Both the position numbers and the translations under genes were made by a program. DNA of 64,000 nucleotides from Acidobacteriota bacterium (lineage in GTDB: Bacteria; Acidobacteriota; Vicinamibacteria; Vicinamibacterales; SCN-69-37): NCBI GenBank assembly GCA_005799825.1, contig SYFT01000004.1, forward strand, positions 14,866 through 78,865. Reading direction: 5' to 3'. Positions 19,602 to 29,436 of the stretch are shown here, piece after piece. The stretch's first letter is position 1. Each line of letters opens with the position of its first letter. The notes beneath the pieces are model-generated. The model was not told where the DNA came from, made no database searches, and saw nothing but the letters and a program-made list of their open reading frames with translations.

Positions 19602-21190
19602 CGCCGCTTGAGCGTGCGAACGATCGCGCGTGCGGCGTTCAGGCCCGACTGGCCGGTGAGACCGCCGCCGGGATGGGTTCCCGCGCTGGCGAAGTACAAA
19701 CGCTGAATGGGTGTCTGGTACTGCGCCGCGCCCTGCACGGGACGACTGACCCACCATTGATCGAGTGTCTGCTCGCCGTGAGAGATGTGACCGCCCACAA
19801 AACCCCAGTGCGTCTCGAGATCTTCTGGCGTGATGACTTCGCGTTCGACGACCGACGCCTCAAGGCCTGGAGCGTGTGGCGCCAGCGTGTTCATGACCGA
19901 GCGATACAACGCTTCGCGCGTGCCCGACCATGTCCCTTCGCGCAACGTTCGCGGTGCGTAGTGCACGTACACCGACATGACGTGCTGGCCCTCGGGTGCG
20001 AGCGTGGAGTCGTTCATGGTCGGCACTGCCAACTCAAGCCAGGGGTGGGGCGAGTGGTGGCCATACTTGGCCGCATCAAACGCGCGCTCGATGTAATCGA
20101 TATCGGGCGCAATCAACAGGCGACCCTTGAGCGACAGCTCGTCTCCATGCAGCGCGGGGAATGCCGGCGCGGCCGAGAGGGACAGGTTGACCTTCGCCGT
20201 GACGCCCCGTCCGCGGACCTGACGCATTCGCTGCAGGAACGACGGGGCCAGGTCAGCGGGGTCCAGAAGGTTGAGACACAAGTGTCTGGGGTCAACCGCG
20301 CCGACCACGGCATGCGCGGCGATCTCTTCGCCGGTGTCGAGCACCACGCCGGTCGCCACACCATCGTGCGTCAATACGCGTGCAACTCTGGCCTGTGTTC
20401 GAATCAGCGCCCCAGACGCTTCTGCCAGTTCAGCCAGCGCCTGAGCGAGCGCACCCGGCCCGCCAACCATGGTGACACCGCCACCAACGGGCATCGGGTC
20501 TTCGGCTATGCGGTTGATGAGCATTGCGCCGGTTCCGGCAGACCACGGACCGAGTAGATGTCCGAACACCCCGCGCACGCCAATTGCGGCCTGCACGAGA
20601 TCGTGTTCGAACCACTCGGCCACCAGATCCGCCACCGCCATGGGCGCATATCGTGCAAGCCTGCCCAGGTCGCGCCGACCGAGGGCTCGGACCCGGCGAC
20701 CGGTGCCAAACAGGTCGAGCAGTTCCCGGTAGGACGGGGCATCAATTGACGGCGGCGCATGGCGATTGATGTTCGCCATCACGCCAGACAGTCGTTGCAT
20801 GGTCAGCACGAAGGACTGCCACTGGCCTGCGTCATGGGCCGACAGCCGGTTGATCGAGGCGGCCGTCAGGATGTCATCGCGATGGAACGTGATGCACTCG
20901 CCGTTGTGACCGAGCGTTGTGAGCGCCGGGTCCGGCAGCAGGAACTTGAGCTTGGCGCGCGCGAGTGCGGAATTCCCGCGGTGGAGCGTGCGCACCACCT
21001 CCGGCGAGAGCGGCCCGAGCGAGTGGCTCAGCCGCGGCGCACTGAATCCCCGTATGGATGTGTTGGTGATGGCGGCGCCGCCCACCCGGTCGTGCTGATC
21101 GAGCACCACCACGGCGAGTTTGTGCCGAGCCAGGGTGGCCGCGGCCACCAGACCATTGATCCCGCCACCGACGATGACGACGTCGGTCAT
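19598..21190 (-). CDS. Phytoene-desaturase-like (PYROXD2/CrtI family) FAD oxidoreductase, paralog 2
   Basis: GGGINGL FAD motif, ERAFDAAKYG, THPGGG C-terminal motif; coupled to paralog 1. Confidence 0.85.
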   Translation of the reverse strand: MTDVVIVGGGINGLVAAATLARHKLAVVVLDQHDRVGGAAITNTSIRGFSAPRLSHSLGPLSPEVVRTLHRGNSALARAKLKFLLPDPALTTLGHNGECITFHRDDILTAASINRLSAHDAGQWQSFVLTMQRLSGVMANINRHAPPSIDAPSYRELLDLFGTGRRVRALGRRDLGRLARYAPMAVADLVAEWFEHDLVQAAIGVRGVFGHLLGPWSAGTGAMLINRIAEDPMPVGGGVTMVGGPGALAQALAELAEASGALIRTQARVARVLTHDGVATGVVLDTGEEIAAHAVVGAVDPRHLCLNLLDPADLAPSFLQRMRQVRGRGVTAKVNLSLSAAPAFPALHGDELSLKGRLLIAPDIDYIERAFDAAKYGHHSPHPWLELAVPTMNDSTLAPEGQHVMSVYVHYAPRTLREGTWSGTREALYRSVMNTLAPHAPGLEASVVEREVITPEDLETHWGFVGGHISHGEQTLDQWWVSRPVQGAAQYQTPIQRLYFASAGTHPGGGLTGQSGLNAARAIVRTLKRR

Positions 21191-22779
21191 CGCCGCATCG
21201 CTTTCATCGCGGCATTGCGGCCAGGTGCGCCCATGATGCCGCCACCAGGATGAGTGGCGGACCCGCACATGTAGAGTCCCTTGATCGGCGTCCGGTAGTC
21301 GGCCCAGCCGGGTGCCGGACGCAGCACGAACAGTTGTTCGAGGGTGAGCTCGCCCTGGAAGATGTTGCCTTCAGACAACCCGAACGTGCGTTCGATATCG
21401 AGGGGCGTCACCACCTGCCTGTGCAGAATCAGGTCTTTGAGGTTGGGCGCGTATTCGGCAATGGTGTCGATCACCGCGTCACCAAACGCCTCGCGATGTT
21501 GATCCCACAACGGCGTGTCACCCGTGGAGGGTTCCCGCAGATCGTATGGCGCGTACTGCACAAAACACGACATCACGTGTTTGCCAGGCGGCGCGAGCGT
21601 GGAGTCCGTGAGGCTGGGTATGACGATGTCGATGTAGGGGCGGCGCGAGTACTGACCGTACTTTGCCTGATCGTAGGCCCGCTCCATATAGTCCACGTTC
21701 GGCGAGATCGAGATCGCGCCACGCAGGTGCGGGCCTGCGCCCTTGAGTGCGGTGAAGTCGGGCAATCCGTCGAGCGCCAGGTTGACCTTGCCTGACGAGC
21801 CGCGAAACTTGTAGTGGCGAATGTCTTCGACAAAGTCCCCAGGCAGATGCGATTCGCCCACCATCTTCATGAACGTCAACCGCGGGTCCACGCTCGAGAG
21901 CACAGTGTCGGCGAGCACGTAGTCGCCGTTCTCAAGCACCACGCCCGTCGCGCGGCCGTTGCTGATAAGAACCCTGCTGACCGATGCCTCAAGCCGGATC
22001 TCGGCACCGGCCGCCCGGGCAGCTGATGCAATCGACTCCGAGAGCATGCCCGTGCCGCCACGCGACAGACCCCACGACCTGAAGGCGCCGTCGATCTCGC
22101 CCATGTAGTGATGCAGCAGCACATACGCCGTGCCCGGAGACCGCACGCCCAGGAACGTGCCGATAATGCCCGACGCCGACATCGTGGCCTTGAGCACATC
22201 CGTCTCGAACCACTGGTCGAGGAAATCCGCCGCGCTCATGGTGAGCAACTGCGTCTGGTTGTATCGGCTCGCGTCGGGCATCGCGCGGAAGCGGGTCAGG
22301 ATGTCGAGCAACGGCTTGAGGTCGCGCAGTTTTCGCGAGAAGGGATCCGACGGCGTCATGCCGAGGATCGGCTTCGCGAAGCGGCTCATGTCCACCATCG
22401 CCAAGCCGTACTCGTCATACGCCTCAGCGTCTACGCGCGAATGACGCGAAATGTCACGGAACGTCTGTGCGTGATCGTTGGTCCGCCACAGGTAGTCACC
22501 ACTCGGCATGGGCGTGAATGTGCCGTCGAGTGGCAACAGTTCCAGCCCATGTTTCGCCAATTCCAGCTCGCGGATGATCTCGGGCCGCAGTAGCGACACG
22601 ACGTAGGAACAGACTGAGTATTTAAACCCTGGGTAGATCTCTTCGGTGACTGCCGCCCCGCCCACCACATGCCGTCGTTCGAGCACCAGGACCTTGCGCC
22701 CTGCACGGGCGAGATACGCGGCGGCGGTCAGGCCATTGTGTCCGGCACCAATGACAATGGCGTCGTAGTGCGAGGGCAT
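21187..22779 (-). CDS. Phytoene-desaturase-like (PYROXD2/CrtI family) FAD oxidoreductase, paralog 1
   Basis: GAGHNGL, GGAAVTEE, SYVVSLLRP, GNIFQG, THPGGGIMGAPGRNAA motifs. Confidence 0.9.
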   Translation of the reverse strand: MPSHYDAIVIGAGHNGLTAAAYLARAGRKVLVLERRHVVGGAAVTEEIYPGFKYSVCSYVVSLLRPEIIRELELAKHGLELLPLDGTFTPMPSGDYLWRTNDHAQTFRDISRHSRVDAEAYDEYGLAMVDMSRFAKPILGMTPSDPFSRKLRDLKPLLDILTRFRAMPDASRYNQTQLLTMSAADFLDQWFETDVLKATMSASGIIGTFLGVRSPGTAYVLLHHYMGEIDGAFRSWGLSRGGTGMLSESIASAARAAGAEIRLEASVSRVLISNGRATGVVLENGDYVLADTVLSSVDPRLTFMKMVGESHLPGDFVEDIRHYKFRGSSGKVNLALDGLPDFTALKGAGPHLRGAISISPNVDYMERAYDQAKYGQYSRRPYIDIVIPSLTDSTLAPPGKHVMSCFVQYAPYDLREPSTGDTPLWDQHREAFGDAVIDTIAEYAPNLKDLILHRQVVTPLDIERTFGLSEGNIFQGELTLEQLFVLRPAPGWADYRTPIKGLYMCGSATHPGGGIMGAPGRNAAMKAMRR

Positions 22780-22869
22780 CTGCTTGAATTTTACTCGGAA
22801 TCCTGGGTTCAAAGTCGAGGGGGACCGGAGTCAGGGCACTTTCACGCAACCTCGAGTAATATTCTCCCT

Positions 22870-24057
22870 ATGCTCGTCGGCACGCCGTTTCACGACCGTA
22901 TCCTGCCGCTCTGCAAGAGCCTCAACTACCGCGACTGGGCCGGCTACTACACGGCGAGCGCGTACGAAACCCATCACGACCACGAATACAACGCCATCAG
23001 GAACGGCACGGCGCTGATCGACATCTCCCCCCTGTTCAAGTACCTGATCACCGGACCCGGTGCGGTCCATCTGGTGGACCGAGTCATCACTCGCGACGCG
23101 CATCGGATGAGACCAGGGCAGGTCGTCTACACCCCATGGTGCAACGAGCAGGGCCGCGTGCTCGACGACGGCACAGTGACCAGACTGGGGGAGCAGGCGT
23201 TCCGCTGGACCGCCGCAGAACCAAACCTGCGATGGCTCCGCCAGCAGTCGGCCGGCCTGGATGTCCATATCGAGGACGTCTCCGAGCAGGTCGCGGCCCT
23301 CGCGCTGCAGGGCCCTACGTCAGCGGCTCTCCTGCGAAGCATCGTCGACGGGGACATTGAGGGCGTGAAGTACTTCGGGATGACGAGCGTGAAAATTGCA
23401 GGCGCCGACGTTGACGTGTCCCGCACAGGCTACACCGGCGATCTTGGCTATGAACTGTGGATGGACCGTGCCGAAGCGCTCAAAGTCTGGGACGTCCTCG
23501 TGGCGGCCGGACCCGCGTACGGACTGATGCCCGCCGGCATGCTGGCTCTGGATGTTTCGCGCGTCGAGGCGGGTCTGCTCTTGATTGACGTAGATTTCTT
23601 CAGCGTACGAAAAGCGGTGACTGCCGCGCAGATTTATTCGCCCTTTGAGTTGGGCCTGGGCCGACTGGTTGATTTCAACAAGGAACGTTTTGTTGGCCGC
23701 GCTGCACTGGTGGCGGAACGTACCGTCGCTCCGAGACGACGCATCGTCGGCCTCACACTCGACTGGCCGTCGGTCGAGCGGCTGTACGAAGCCGTCGGCC
23801 TGCCACCGATGGCACTTGCCACCGCTTCTCGCGTTGCCGTGCCCGTGTATGCGGGCGGTGTCCAGATCGGCCGCATGACGTCGTCCACCTGGTCGCCGGT
23901 GTTGAAACAGATGATCGGCCTGGCCACCGTCAACGCATCCCACATGGCTGTGGGCACCACTGTGGAGGTGGAGCACACCGTCGAGGCTGTGCGCCACCGT
24001 GCGCCCGCCGTGGTGACGATGACGCCGTTTTTTAATCCGGCGAGAAAGACGGCGTGA
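22870..24057 (+). CDS. GcvT-like aminomethyltransferase / THF-dependent demethylase family protein
   Basis: DISPL, DDGT, SRTGYTGDLGYE, RVEAG motifs; ATG 22870. Confidence 0.88.
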   Translation: MLVGTPFHDRILPLCKSLNYRDWAGYYTASAYETHHDHEYNAIRNGTALIDISPLFKYLITGPGAVHLVDRVITRDAHRMRPGQVVYTPWCNEQGRVLDDGTVTRLGEQAFRWTAAEPNLRWLRQQSAGLDVHIEDVSEQVAALALQGPTSAALLRSIVDGDIEGVKYFGMTSVKIAGADVDVSRTGYTGDLGYELWMDRAEALKVWDVLVAAGPAYGLMPAGMLALDVSRVEAGLLLIDVDFFSVRKAVTAAQIYSPFELGLGRLVDFNKERFVGRAALVAERTVAPRRRIVGLTLDWPSVERLYEAVGLPPMALATASRVAVPVYAGGVQIGRMTSSTWSPVLKQMIGLATVNASHMAVGTTVEVEHTVEAVRHRAPAVVTMTPFFNPARKTA

Positions 24058-24117
24058 CACTCAGGGCCGTAGCGCGCAGTTTGTTCTACGCCGCGTGATA
24101 CAACTGCCCGAGCCCAC

Positions 24118-25401
24118 ATGAGCGAACGCTCCGGCCGTCTGCGGCGTGAACTTGGCAAGTGGGACCTGACTGCCATTGGGGTGAACCAGGTCATTGGCGG
24201 CGCTGTCTTCCTCATGGCGGCGCCTCTGGCGACGCAGATCGGTGCATGGAGCGCCATCGCAGTGGCGCTGGTGGGGATCCTTTCTCTGATGATCGCGCTC
24301 AACTTCGCCGAGGCCGGCAGCCGGTTTGACGGCACCGGCGGCGCGTATCTCTACACACGCGCGGCGTTTGGGCGCTTTTTCAGCTTCGAAGTGGGCTGGA
24401 TGATGTGGGTGACCCGCGTCACCAGCTGGGCCTCGGTCGTCAACGGGCTCACCACGGCGCTTGCATACTACTGGCTCGCGCTTGGAGCCAACCAACCAGG
24501 CCTGGCCCGCGAAGCGGTCATCACAGGCGTGGTCCTGACGATCATGACGATCAACGTGCTCGGCATCCGGCAGAGCGCGTGGGTGGTGAACGCGCTGACG
24601 GTGGGCAAGCTGATGCCGCTTGTGATCTTCATCCTCTTTGGTCTGCCGTATGTGGCGTTTGACGCTCTTCGGCCGGACGTCGCGCTGACCTGGACGCAGA
24701 TCTCGACGTCGGCTCTGCTCCTGATCTTTGCGTACGGCGGCTACGAGGTTGTGGGTGTTCCCGCCGGAGAAACCCGGGATCCCAAACGCGCCGTGCCCTT
24801 CGCCATGGTCATGACCACCGTCATTGTCGCCGTGGTGATGACGTTGGCGCAGGTGGTTGCCATGGGGACGCTGCCCAATATCGCCGGGTCGCAGAGGCCG
24901 CTTGCGGACGCGTCCCTGATCTTCATCGGCGCGTGGGGCGCCCTGCTCATGACCACCGGTGCCGCCGTTTCGATGAGCGGCAACAACATGGGACAGGCAC
25001 TGTCGGGATCGCGCAACCTTTACGCGCTAGCGGAACAGGGCGATCTGCCGTCCGTGTTCGGCCGTGTCCATCCGCGGTTCCACACACCTGCCGTGGCGAT
25101 CGTGGTGACCTCGCTCGTGGCGCTGGCGCTCGCGCTGTCGGGGAACTTTGTCACGCTGGCGGCCAGCAGCGCGGTCAGCAGGTTGATGGTGTACGCGGGA
25201 ACGTGCGCGTCGGTGCTGGTGCTTCGCCGGCAGGGACGTGCGGCATTTATGATTCCCGGCGGGCCCGTCATTCCTGTAGTCGCGCTGTTGGTGTCTTTGG
25301 CTATTCTCGGCGGTGCCACGACGCTGCAGCTGCAGGTGGGCCTCGTCGCACTGGTTGTGGGCGCCGCGTTGTATCTTGTGGCTCGCTGGAGATCGCGATG
25401 A
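24118..25401 (+). CDS. APC family amino acid permease
   Basis: VIGGAVF, GGAYLY, AYGGYE, GETRDPKR motifs; about 12 TM segments. Confidence 0.9.
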   Translation: MSERSGRLRRELGKWDLTAIGVNQVIGGAVFLMAAPLATQIGAWSAIAVALVGILSLMIALNFAEAGSRFDGTGGAYLYTRAAFGRFFSFEVGWMMWVTRVTSWASVVNGLTTALAYYWLALGANQPGLAREAVITGVVLTIMTINVLGIRQSAWVVNALTVGKLMPLVIFILFGLPYVAFDALRPDVALTWTQISTSALLLIFAYGGYEVVGVPAGETRDPKRAVPFAMVMTTVIVAVVMTLAQVVAMGTLPNIAGSQRPLADASLIFIGAWGALLMTTGAAVSMSGNNMGQALSGSRNLYALAEQGDLPSVFGRVHPRFHTPAVAIVVTSLVALALALSGNFVTLAASSAVSRLMVYAGTCASVLVLRRQGRAAFMIPGGPVIPVVALLVSLAILGGATTLQLQVGLVALVVGAALYLVARWRSR

Positions 25402-25904
25402 AACAGATGTTCATTCTGGGTGTGGTGATGGTAGCGATGGCGATTCCAGTATTTGCGAACGCGCAGATGGTGATTGTGGTGCGGCATGCCGAGCGGGCGG
25501 ACGACGGCGCGTCGCCGGGCACATCGATGACCGCGAGCCCCGACCCCGAACTGTCCGCGGCGGGAAAGGCACGGGCGCAGAAACTGGCGGCGATGCTGGG
25601 TGATGCGGGCATCACGGCCATCTACACCACCGAATACAAGCGCACGAAGGACACGGCGGCGCCTCTTGCGGCAAAGACCGGCGTGATGGCCGAGGTGGTG
25701 CTAGCGCGTGACGCGGCAGCACTGATTGCGAAGGTCAAGTTGCACAAGACAGGTGCGGTTCTTGTAGTCGGCCACTCCAATACCGTGCCCGCAGTCGTTA
25801 AAGCTCTTGGCGGCTCCGCAGTAACGATGGCCGATGATGAGTACGACAGCATGTATTTTGTGGTGGTCAACGGCACCACCACTCGCATTCGGTTCAAGCC
25901 GTGA
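25398..25904 (+). CDS. Secreted histidine phosphatase family protein
   Basis: Signal peptide; VRHAE, RTKDT, VGHSNT motifs. Confidence 0.85.
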   Translation: MKQMFILGVVMVAMAIPVFANAQMVIVVRHAERADDGASPGTSMTASPDPELSAAGKARAQKLAAMLGDAGITAIYTTEYKRTKDTAAPLAAKTGVMAEVVLARDAAALIAKVKLHKTGAVLVVGHSNTVPAVVKALGGSAVTMADDEYDSMYFVVVNGTTTRIRFKP

Positions 25905-27271
25905 CCTGTCGTCGGCGGTGGCGGTCGCGGTGCGCAGTACTGGTCCTGGCGTGCACCGCTGGTGCGGCGATCGGCGCTGGCCCTGAGGCGCAGCGGGCGG
26001 GGGCACCCTCGCCACCGGTTCTGGCCAGGATGTGGGACGCCGAGCACGTGTCGTCGCTCGTGTCGCCCCTTGTTGACCATGCCGAGGTGAAGTCGCGCAT
26101 CCAGGCGATTGCCGCGTCGGACAGCCCTGTGATCCGAGTGCGCGAGGTGGGGCGGTCCCTTGAAGGTCGTGAGGTATGGGACGTCACATTCGGCACGGGT
26201 CCCACCACAGTCCTCATGTGGTCGCAGATGCATGGCGACGAGCCGACGGCGACGTCAGCACTATTCGACATCTACGAGTACATCCGTCTGCACGAAAAGG
26301 AACCAGCCGTGCAGCAGGTGCTGTCGGCGCTGACCGTGCACACGGTGCCGATGCTCAATCCTGACGGCTCGGAGCGATTCCAGCGGCGCAACGTGCAGAG
26401 CATCGACATCAACCGCGATGCGCTGTTGCTGCAGACTCCGGAGGGGCGCCTGCTTAAGTCGCTGCGGGACGAGTTAAACCCGGCTGTGGGGTTCAACCTC
26501 CACAATCAGAGCTGGCGCACCACGGTCGGGAAGCCGCCGAAGGGCGCGGCCATCTCGCTGCTTTCCGTGGCTTACGACGAAGAGCGCTCGGTAAGCCCTG
26601 GTCGTTTGCTGACCAAGCGCCTTGGTGCCGTGGTGCGCGATGCACTCGAGCCGTTTGCACTGGGCCGCATCGGCAAGTACGACGACAGCTTCGAGGTGCG
26701 CGCCTTCGGTGACAACCTGACGCTCTGGGGAACGCCGGTGTTGCTGGTGGAGACTGGGCCGTGGCCCGAGGTCAACCCCGATCCCATGTTGCTGCGGCTG
26801 AACTACACCGCCCTGATTCACGCGCTTCACGCGTTGGCGGATGGGTCGGTACACAAGGCCGATGCGGCCCGGTACGATTCGCTGCCGGAGAACCAGACCG
26901 GGGGGTTCTACACAATTATTCGGAATGTATCGATCGTCACAGGCACCGGCATCCCGTCGTTTACCGGCGATGTCGGCCTTGTGGCGAATCGGCGCGTACG
27001 CATCGAAGACGGCAAGCGAGTGCTTGTCACGCAGCATTCGATTGACGACATCGGAGATCTGCGCACGGCCGGTGGCCTGTTCGAGGTGGATGGTGCGGGC
27101 AAGGTGCTGGCGCCGCTTCGACCCGGTGCGGAGGTCGGCACCGAACTGGCCTTGCCCGCAGGTAAGTGGGATTCGACGATCGTCGTAGGCGCGCCAGCCA
27201 ATGTGATGATGCTGGCGCCGTTGCCGGACGGCCGGTATCGTGTCGAGCGGGTATTTCGGGGAACAACCTGA
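25901..27271 (+). CDS. M14 zinc carboxypeptidase family protein
   Basis: WSQMHGDE, NPDG, DINRDA, FNLHNQ motifs. Confidence 0.88.
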   Translation: MTCRRRWRSRCAVLVLACTAGAAIGAGPEAQRAGAPSPPVLARMWDAEHVSSLVSPLVDHAEVKSRIQAIAASDSPVIRVREVGRSLEGREVWDVTFGTGPTTVLMWSQMHGDEPTATSALFDIYEYIRLHEKEPAVQQVLSALTVHTVPMLNPDGSERFQRRNVQSIDINRDALLLQTPEGRLLKSLRDELNPAVGFNLHNQSWRTTVGKPPKGAAISLLSVAYDEERSVSPGRLLTKRLGAVVRDALEPFALGRIGKYDDSFEVRAFGDNLTLWGTPVLLVETGPWPEVNPDPMLLRLNYTALIHALHALADGSVHKADAARYDSLPENQTGGFYTIIRNVSIVTGTGIPSFTGDVGLVANRRVRIEDGKRVLVTQHSIDDIGDLRTAGGLFEVDGAGKVLAPLRPGAEVGTELALPAGKWDSTIVVGAPANVMMLAPLPDGRYRVERVFRGTT

Positions 27272-27322
27272 AAAGACGTCGGGTGCCTTTCTAGAGGAAA
27301 AAGACACCCGACGTCTTTTTTT
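27271..27322. repeat. Palindromic element AAAGACGTCGGGTGTCTTT family (intergenic copy, possible terminator)
   Basis: Arms 27271-27290 and 27300-27319 are 19/20 complementary, followed by a T-tract; the same element lies inside hpnE. Confidence 0.85.
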
Positions 27323-27336
27323 CTGTGGAGTCCGGT

Positions 27337-28263
27337 ATGAAGATCGCGGTTATCGGGGCGGGTGCGGTGGGCGGGTATTACGGTGCGCTGTTGTCCAGGG
27401 CGGGCGCGGATGTCAGTTTTGTGGCCAGGGGCGCGCACCGGGATGCGATTCTCGCCAACGGGCTGCGCATCATCGGCGTCCAGGGCGATTTCACTGTCAA
27501 GATCGCCGCCGAAGATGACCCCGCGCGCATCGGCCCCGTTGACATGGTGATCATCGCGGTCAAGACCTACGACAACGACACGGCGTTCCCATTGGCGAAG
27601 GTGCTGATGCGTGAAGGAACGGCCGTCTTGACGCTCCAGAACGGCGTGGACAGCGCCGACGACCTCGCGCAAGCAGTAGGCAGGGCCGCGGTCCTCGCTG
27701 GGTCCACCTATATCGCGACCGCGATTGACGCGCCAGGTGTCATTCGTCAGACCGGATCCCATCGGCGCATTGTGTTCGGCGAGGTGTTTGATCCACCGTC
27801 CGAAGTCACGCCGCGAGTGCGTGCGCTGGCGGACCTCATGCTGGCGGCCGACATCCATGCTGAGCCCGTTGCGGACGCGCGCGTGCCGCTGTGGGAGAAG
27901 TTCATCTACCTCGCGCCATTCGCCGCGTTCACCGGTGCGGCTCGGCTGCCGATTGGCCCGCTCTGGGCTGACGAGGAATCTCGCGCGGCGTTCATGGACG
28001 CCGTGCGTGAGGTGGAGCGCGTGGCGCGCGCGTCGGGCGTCAACGTGGCGGCCGACAGCGTCGAGAAGGTCGCCGCCTACACGGCCGGCATTCCCGCCAG
28101 CACGCGGTCGTCGCTGCTCATTGATCTGTCAATCGGGAAGCGGATCGAAGTGGAATCACTCCCCGGGTCGGTGATCCGCCGTGGGCGCGCGGTTGGCGTC
28201 GAGACACCAATGATGCGGGCCCTGTATGCGGCACTCAGGCCACACCTGAAAATGGGCCAATGA
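27337..28263 (+). CDS. panE: 2-dehydropantoate 2-reductase (ketopantoate reductase family)
   Basis: GAGAVGGYYG, AVKTYD, LQNGV, WEKF, SSLLID, E motifs. Confidence 0.88.
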   Translation: MKIAVIGAGAVGGYYGALLSRAGADVSFVARGAHRDAILANGLRIIGVQGDFTVKIAAEDDPARIGPVDMVIIAVKTYDNDTAFPLAKVLMREGTAVLTLQNGVDSADDLAQAVGRAAVLAGSTYIATAIDAPGVIRQTGSHRRIVFGEVFDPPSEVTPRVRALADLMLAADIHAEPVADARVPLWEKFIYLAPFAAFTGAARLPIGPLWADEESRAAFMDAVREVERVARASGVNVAADSVEKVAAYTAGIPASTRSSLLIDLSIGKRIEVESLPGSVIRRGRAVGVETPMMRALYAALRPHLKMGQ

Positions 28264-28311
28264 GGCAATGGGCCAATGCAATGAGGCAATTGGGCAATGA
28301 GGCAATGGCCC
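28251..28311 (+). repeat. Octamer tandem repeat AATGAGGC/AATGGGCC (~7.5 units)
   Basis: aatgggcc aatgaggc aatgggcc aatgc aatgaggc aattgggc aatgaggc aatggccc; overlaps the panE stop. Confidence 0.85.
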
Positions 28312-28330
28312 ATTTACACTGGGTCACCAG

Positions 28331-29143
28331 ATGATCGTCCTGTTCACCTTCCTCGCCGGGATAGGCGCCGGCAGCCTGGGAGCGATGCTGGGGTTGGGCG
28401 GGGGTATCTTCCTGGTGCCGGTCTTGAACATCGCGCTGGATATGCCGTTGCCGCAGGCGATGGCAATCAGCCTCGTGGCGGTCATCGCCACCTCGAACTT
28501 CGTGTCCCTGGCCTCAGCCGGACAGAAGTCAGCGAACATTCGATTGGCCATGCTGCTGCAACTGGTTTCGGCTATTGGAGCCATTGGCGGCACCTACATG
28601 CTGGACTACATGTCGATGCGTACGCGCGAGCAGGTCTTCGGCGGGACCACGATCGTGGTTGCTGCGGTGATCCTCTCAAGGCTCAACCAGCGCAACGTAT
28701 TGCACGGGCACGTCGACGATGTAGGATTTTTGGGTGGCTGGTTTCAGGATCACGATACGGGCGACTTGGTTGCGTATCGCCTTAAACGCGTTCCCGCTGC
28801 GGTTGGGGTCGCCGCCGGCGCCGGAGTGATCTCGACGCTTGCCGGGATCGGCGGGGGAGTGCTGGTGGTCCCCGCGCTGAATTCGTGGTGCGGCGTCCCC
28901 ATGCGAGTGGCTGCCGCGACGAGCGCAGTCATTCTCGGCGTGACCGCAATTCCTGGCGTGATTGACAATTTCGCGGATGGACACCTCACTAGCCCAATGC
29001 TGGCTGCCGGCGGTGTGTTGGGTGTGCTCGTGGGTTCGCGCGCCGGTTTCTGGATCGGCGCCAAGGTTAAAGTGCGTTCACTCAAAATTTTGCTGGCAGT
29101 TATCCTTATCGTGGTCGCGTCCCAATACCTCTTCTTCAAATGA
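28331..29143 (+). CDS. TauE/SafE (TSUP) family membrane transporter
   Basis: Two GLGGG/GIGGG repeats, AAATS motif, about 8 TM segments. Confidence 0.88.
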   Translation: MIVLFTFLAGIGAGSLGAMLGLGGGIFLVPVLNIALDMPLPQAMAISLVAVIATSNFVSLASAGQKSANIRLAMLLQLVSAIGAIGGTYMLDYMSMRTREQVFGGTTIVVAAVILSRLNQRNVLHGHVDDVGFLGGWFQDHDTGDLVAYRLKRVPAAVGVAAGAGVISTLAGIGGGVLVVPALNSWCGVPMRVAAATSAVILGVTAIPGVIDNFADGHLTSPMLAAGGVLGVLVGSRAGFWIGAKVKVRSLKILLAVILIVVASQYLFFK

Positions 29144-29436
29144 CCAGCCATCTGGAGTTGTCTGCGTTGAAGCGCGGGTTGCGGCTAGCACTGATGGCCA
29201 CCTCCGCGACGCTCGCGATGGGGCTGGCCCTCTCGCTGTTCGTGTCCGGCCCGGCAGCGCCAGTCGCTGAGGCGCTGTTGTGGCTCGGACTCGGGATGCT
29301 GGTCGCCATCCCGGTCCTCAACGTCATCGACGTCGTGCTCATCGAGTGCCGTCTCAAGGAATGGCGATTTGCCGCCGCTGGTGTGACCGTGCTCGTACTG
29401 CTCGCGTACACCGTCGCGGTGAAGGTGTGGCCCTAG
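29140..29436 (+). CDS. Small membrane protein, DUF1634-like
   Basis: 3 TM segments with GLGMLVAIP; coupled downstream of a TSUP gene, the usual DUF1634 context. Confidence 0.6.
   Translation: MTSHLELSALKRGLRLALMATSATLAMGLALSLFVSGPAAPVAEALLWLGLGMLVAIPVLNVIDVVLIECRLKEWRFAAAGVTVLVLLAYTVAVKVWP

Noticed and set aside
21505-21540. Second in-frame palindrome insertion (PSTGDTPL) in flavoprotein paralog 1
   Set aside because: Only a short CCACGGGTG match to the repeat family and no clear hairpin, which is insufficient evidence.
19598-22779. Carotenoid biosynthesis cluster (crtI-like genes)
   Set aside because: Motifs fit the PYROXD2-like subgroup and no crtB/crtE/crtY is adjacent. The synthases at 54.6-56.4 kb are hpnC/hpnD with hpnE.
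28251-28311. CRISPR array
   Set aside because: Units are 8 nt with no unique spacers, and there are no cas genes. The same applies to the arrays at 10064, 32121 and 38082.
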